Source: a virus
Taxonomy: Duplodnaviria > Caudoviricetes
Length of the DNA: 26,135 nt
IMG/VR virus record: IMGVR_UViG_3300017774_004763
Span: 1 to 26,135 of that record
Reading direction: 5' to 3' (one strand)
A program made the translations under genes and the position numbers. Positions 24,923-26,135 of the stretch are shown here, in pieces. Within the stretch, counting starts at the first letter, position 1, and the number at the start of each line of letters is the position of its first letter. The notes below the pieces were generated by a model. The model searched no databases, was not told where the DNA came from, and saw nothing but the letters and a program-made list of their open reading frames with translations.

Positions 24923-24930
24923 ATATTTAT
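24923..24930 (+). promoter_or_regulatory. putative late-promoter motif ATATTTAT
   Basis: 35 nt upstream of ATG 24966. Confidence 0.55.
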
Positions 24931-24965
24931 ATACGAATAGATAATTAAAATTTAAAACAATAGTT

Positions 24966-25142
24966 ATGGAAGACAATAATAAAAAACAAAATTTGGAAAA
25001 TAAACTTGATGAGTTTTTAACTACTGAAAATAAAAACATGGAATGTAACGATGAAGGTTGCATCATTAAAAACGATAAAAGTTTAGTTGAGAGAATCAAC
25101 AAAAAAATAATAACTGAAGACGGAAGACAATTATTATTTTAA
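24966..25142 (+). CDS. 58-aa hypothetical protein
   Basis: Not in the ORF track. MEDNNKKQNLENKLDEFLTTENKNMECNDEGCIIKNDKSLVERINKKIITEDGRQLLF; co-directional, preceded by the promoter motif, fills the gap; explains the antisense ORF 24908..25102. Confidence 0.72.
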   Translation: MEDNNKKQNLENKLDEFLTTENKNMECNDEGCIIKNDKSLVERINKKIITEDGRQLLF

Positions 25143-25177
25143 TATTACAATATTTTACAGTTAATTAACCAACTAAA

Positions 25178-25927
25178 ATGAAAAGTAAAAAAATAAATAA
25201 AGTATTATTAAGTGAAGAACTTAAAAGATTTAAGTCACTTACTGATTATAATTATTACGATGATAGAAAACCAATATCTGAAAATTTTCCAATCGTAGCA
25301 ATGGAAGATGATAGAGCACTAGAACCAAATGTTATTTTAGGTATGGCTGAAGCTGAAGAAGATGAAGCAAATGTACCAGATGAAGATAATGTTGATTCTG
25401 ATGTTGAAGATATAACTGCTGATATTGAAGCTAAAACCGATACACCAGAAGCACCAGCAGATGATGCAAATGCTGAAATGCCAGTTGATGACGCTAGTGC
25501 AACAGCACCAGCTGAAGATGAAGTTGAATTAGATGTTACAGAATTAGTTAAAGGTTCAGAGGCAGCAAAACAATCAGCTGATTCAGCAAACTCTAAAATA
25601 GACCAATTAATGGGTATGGTTGATAAATTAGAAAATCAATTATCATCAATGAGTGCTATATCTGATAAAATTGAAGGTTTAGAAAAAGAAATCGAAAGAA
25701 GAAATCCAACACCTAAAGAAAAATTAGAAATGCGTTCATTAGATTCATTTCCTTACAGTGTAAAATTAAGTGATTTTTGGGCTGAAAAAGGAGACAGATA
25801 CGATACTGGTGCCGAATCAGATAAACCAGAAGAATATGTATTAACACAAAAAGATGTTGATGATAGTTATTCTGAATCAAATGTTGAAGATAGCTTTGAT
25901 ACAGACTACGAAGAAGATACATTTTAA
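25178..25927 (+). CDS. acidic coiled-coil protein, possible head scaffold/core-type protein
   Basis: 249 aa; N-terminal LLSEELKRFKSL, long D/E/A/P-rich disordered tract, heptad region SKIDQLMGMVDKLENQLSSMSAISDKIEGLEKEIE, then PTPKEKLEMRSLDSFPY. Confidence 0.65.
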   Translation: MKSKKINKVLLSEELKRFKSLTDYNYYDDRKPISENFPIVAMEDDRALEPNVILGMAEAEEDEANVPDEDNVDSDVEDITADIEAKTDTPEAPADDANAEMPVDDASATAPAEDEVELDVTELVKGSEAAKQSADSANSKIDQLMGMVDKLENQLSSMSAISDKIEGLEKEIERRNPTPKEKLEMRSLDSFPYSVKLSDFWAEKGDRYDTGAESDKPEEYVLTQKDVDDSYSESNVEDSFDTDYEEDTF

Positions 25928-25954
25928 AAAAAAATAAACATACTAATACATTGG

Positions 25955-25979
25955 AAAACAAGCTTATAAGCTTGTTTTT
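25955..25979 (+). terminator. intrinsic terminator (24-bp perfect palindrome)
   Basis: AAAACAAGCTTATAAGCTTGTTTT at 25955-25978, 27 nt after stop 25927, followed by T-rich sequence. Confidence 0.7.
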
Positions 25980-26010
25980 CTGTTTTATATAAAATAAATT
26001 GTAAAAAAAG

Positions 26011-26041
26011 TTGTCGTTAGTAGATTTTGTTAGTAGTTTTG
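26011..26041 (+). promoter_or_regulatory. possible Bacteroidota-type promoter TTG-N20-TAGTTTTG
   Basis: TTG at 26011-26013 and TAnnTTTG at 26034-26041, downstream of the terminator; target gene lies outside the window. Confidence 0.35.
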
Positions 26042-26135
26042 TAATGTTGTAATTTAATCAGTCAAAAAAAAATAAAATACATCTTTACTTTTATGGGATT
26101 TTTAGTATATTGTAATAGTTAAATTAATAGTAAAA

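Noticed and set aside
24908-25102. 64-aa minus-strand ORF
   Set aside because: Better explained by the + strand 58-aa ORF 24966..25142, which has a promoter motif and matching orientation.
1603-25961. Other short overlapping ORFs in the track (1603, 3075, 4797, 6513, 10131, 10883, 11591, 14316, 16085, 17092, 18932, 20345, 23913, 25713)
   Set aside because: All lie within or antisense to well-supported long genes, and their compositions reflect the codon bias of those genes (e.g. His-rich 11591 mirrors GGT repeats).
1-26135. Genome-wide stop-codon reassignment (TAG or TGA recoding)
   Set aside because: ORFs up to 2216 aa are uninterrupted under the standard code and coding density is high; TAG and TGA appear as ordinary stops.
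1-26135. tRNA, rRNA, introns, inteins, homing endonucleases, transposases, diversity-generating retroelement
   Set aside because: No cloverleaf, rRNA-like tract, HNH/GIY-YIG/LAGLIDADG or reverse-transcriptase motif, split gene or adenine-specific TR/VR pair was seen by eye.

Overview
AT-rich, gene-dense fragment, almost entirely on the + strand, that reads as the tail-morphogenesis region of a large contractile-tailed (myovirus-type) phage. Gene order: fibre/appendage genes (one with a Peptidase_S74 autocleaving chaperone), tail sheath, tail tube, a tail-assembly-chaperone/hub-assembly pair with a probable programmed frameshift, tape measure, a tube-fold baseplate protein with an inserted OmpA-like domain, a LysM/gp53-like wedge protein, a 2216-aa hub-like protein ending in MepA-like endopeptidase and GH24 lysozyme domains, then hypothetical genes. 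Four small ORFs missing from the supplied track are supported: 941-1045, a minus-strand ribbon-helix-helix-like gene at 2089-2238, 5827-5943 and 24966-25142. A recurring (A/G)TATTTAT motif precedes nine transcription units, often just after a hairpin terminator. A-rich leaders without Shine-Dalgarno sequences and TAnnTTTG motifs suggest a Bacteroidota host (inference). All family assignments come from motifs recognised by eye; no database searches were run.
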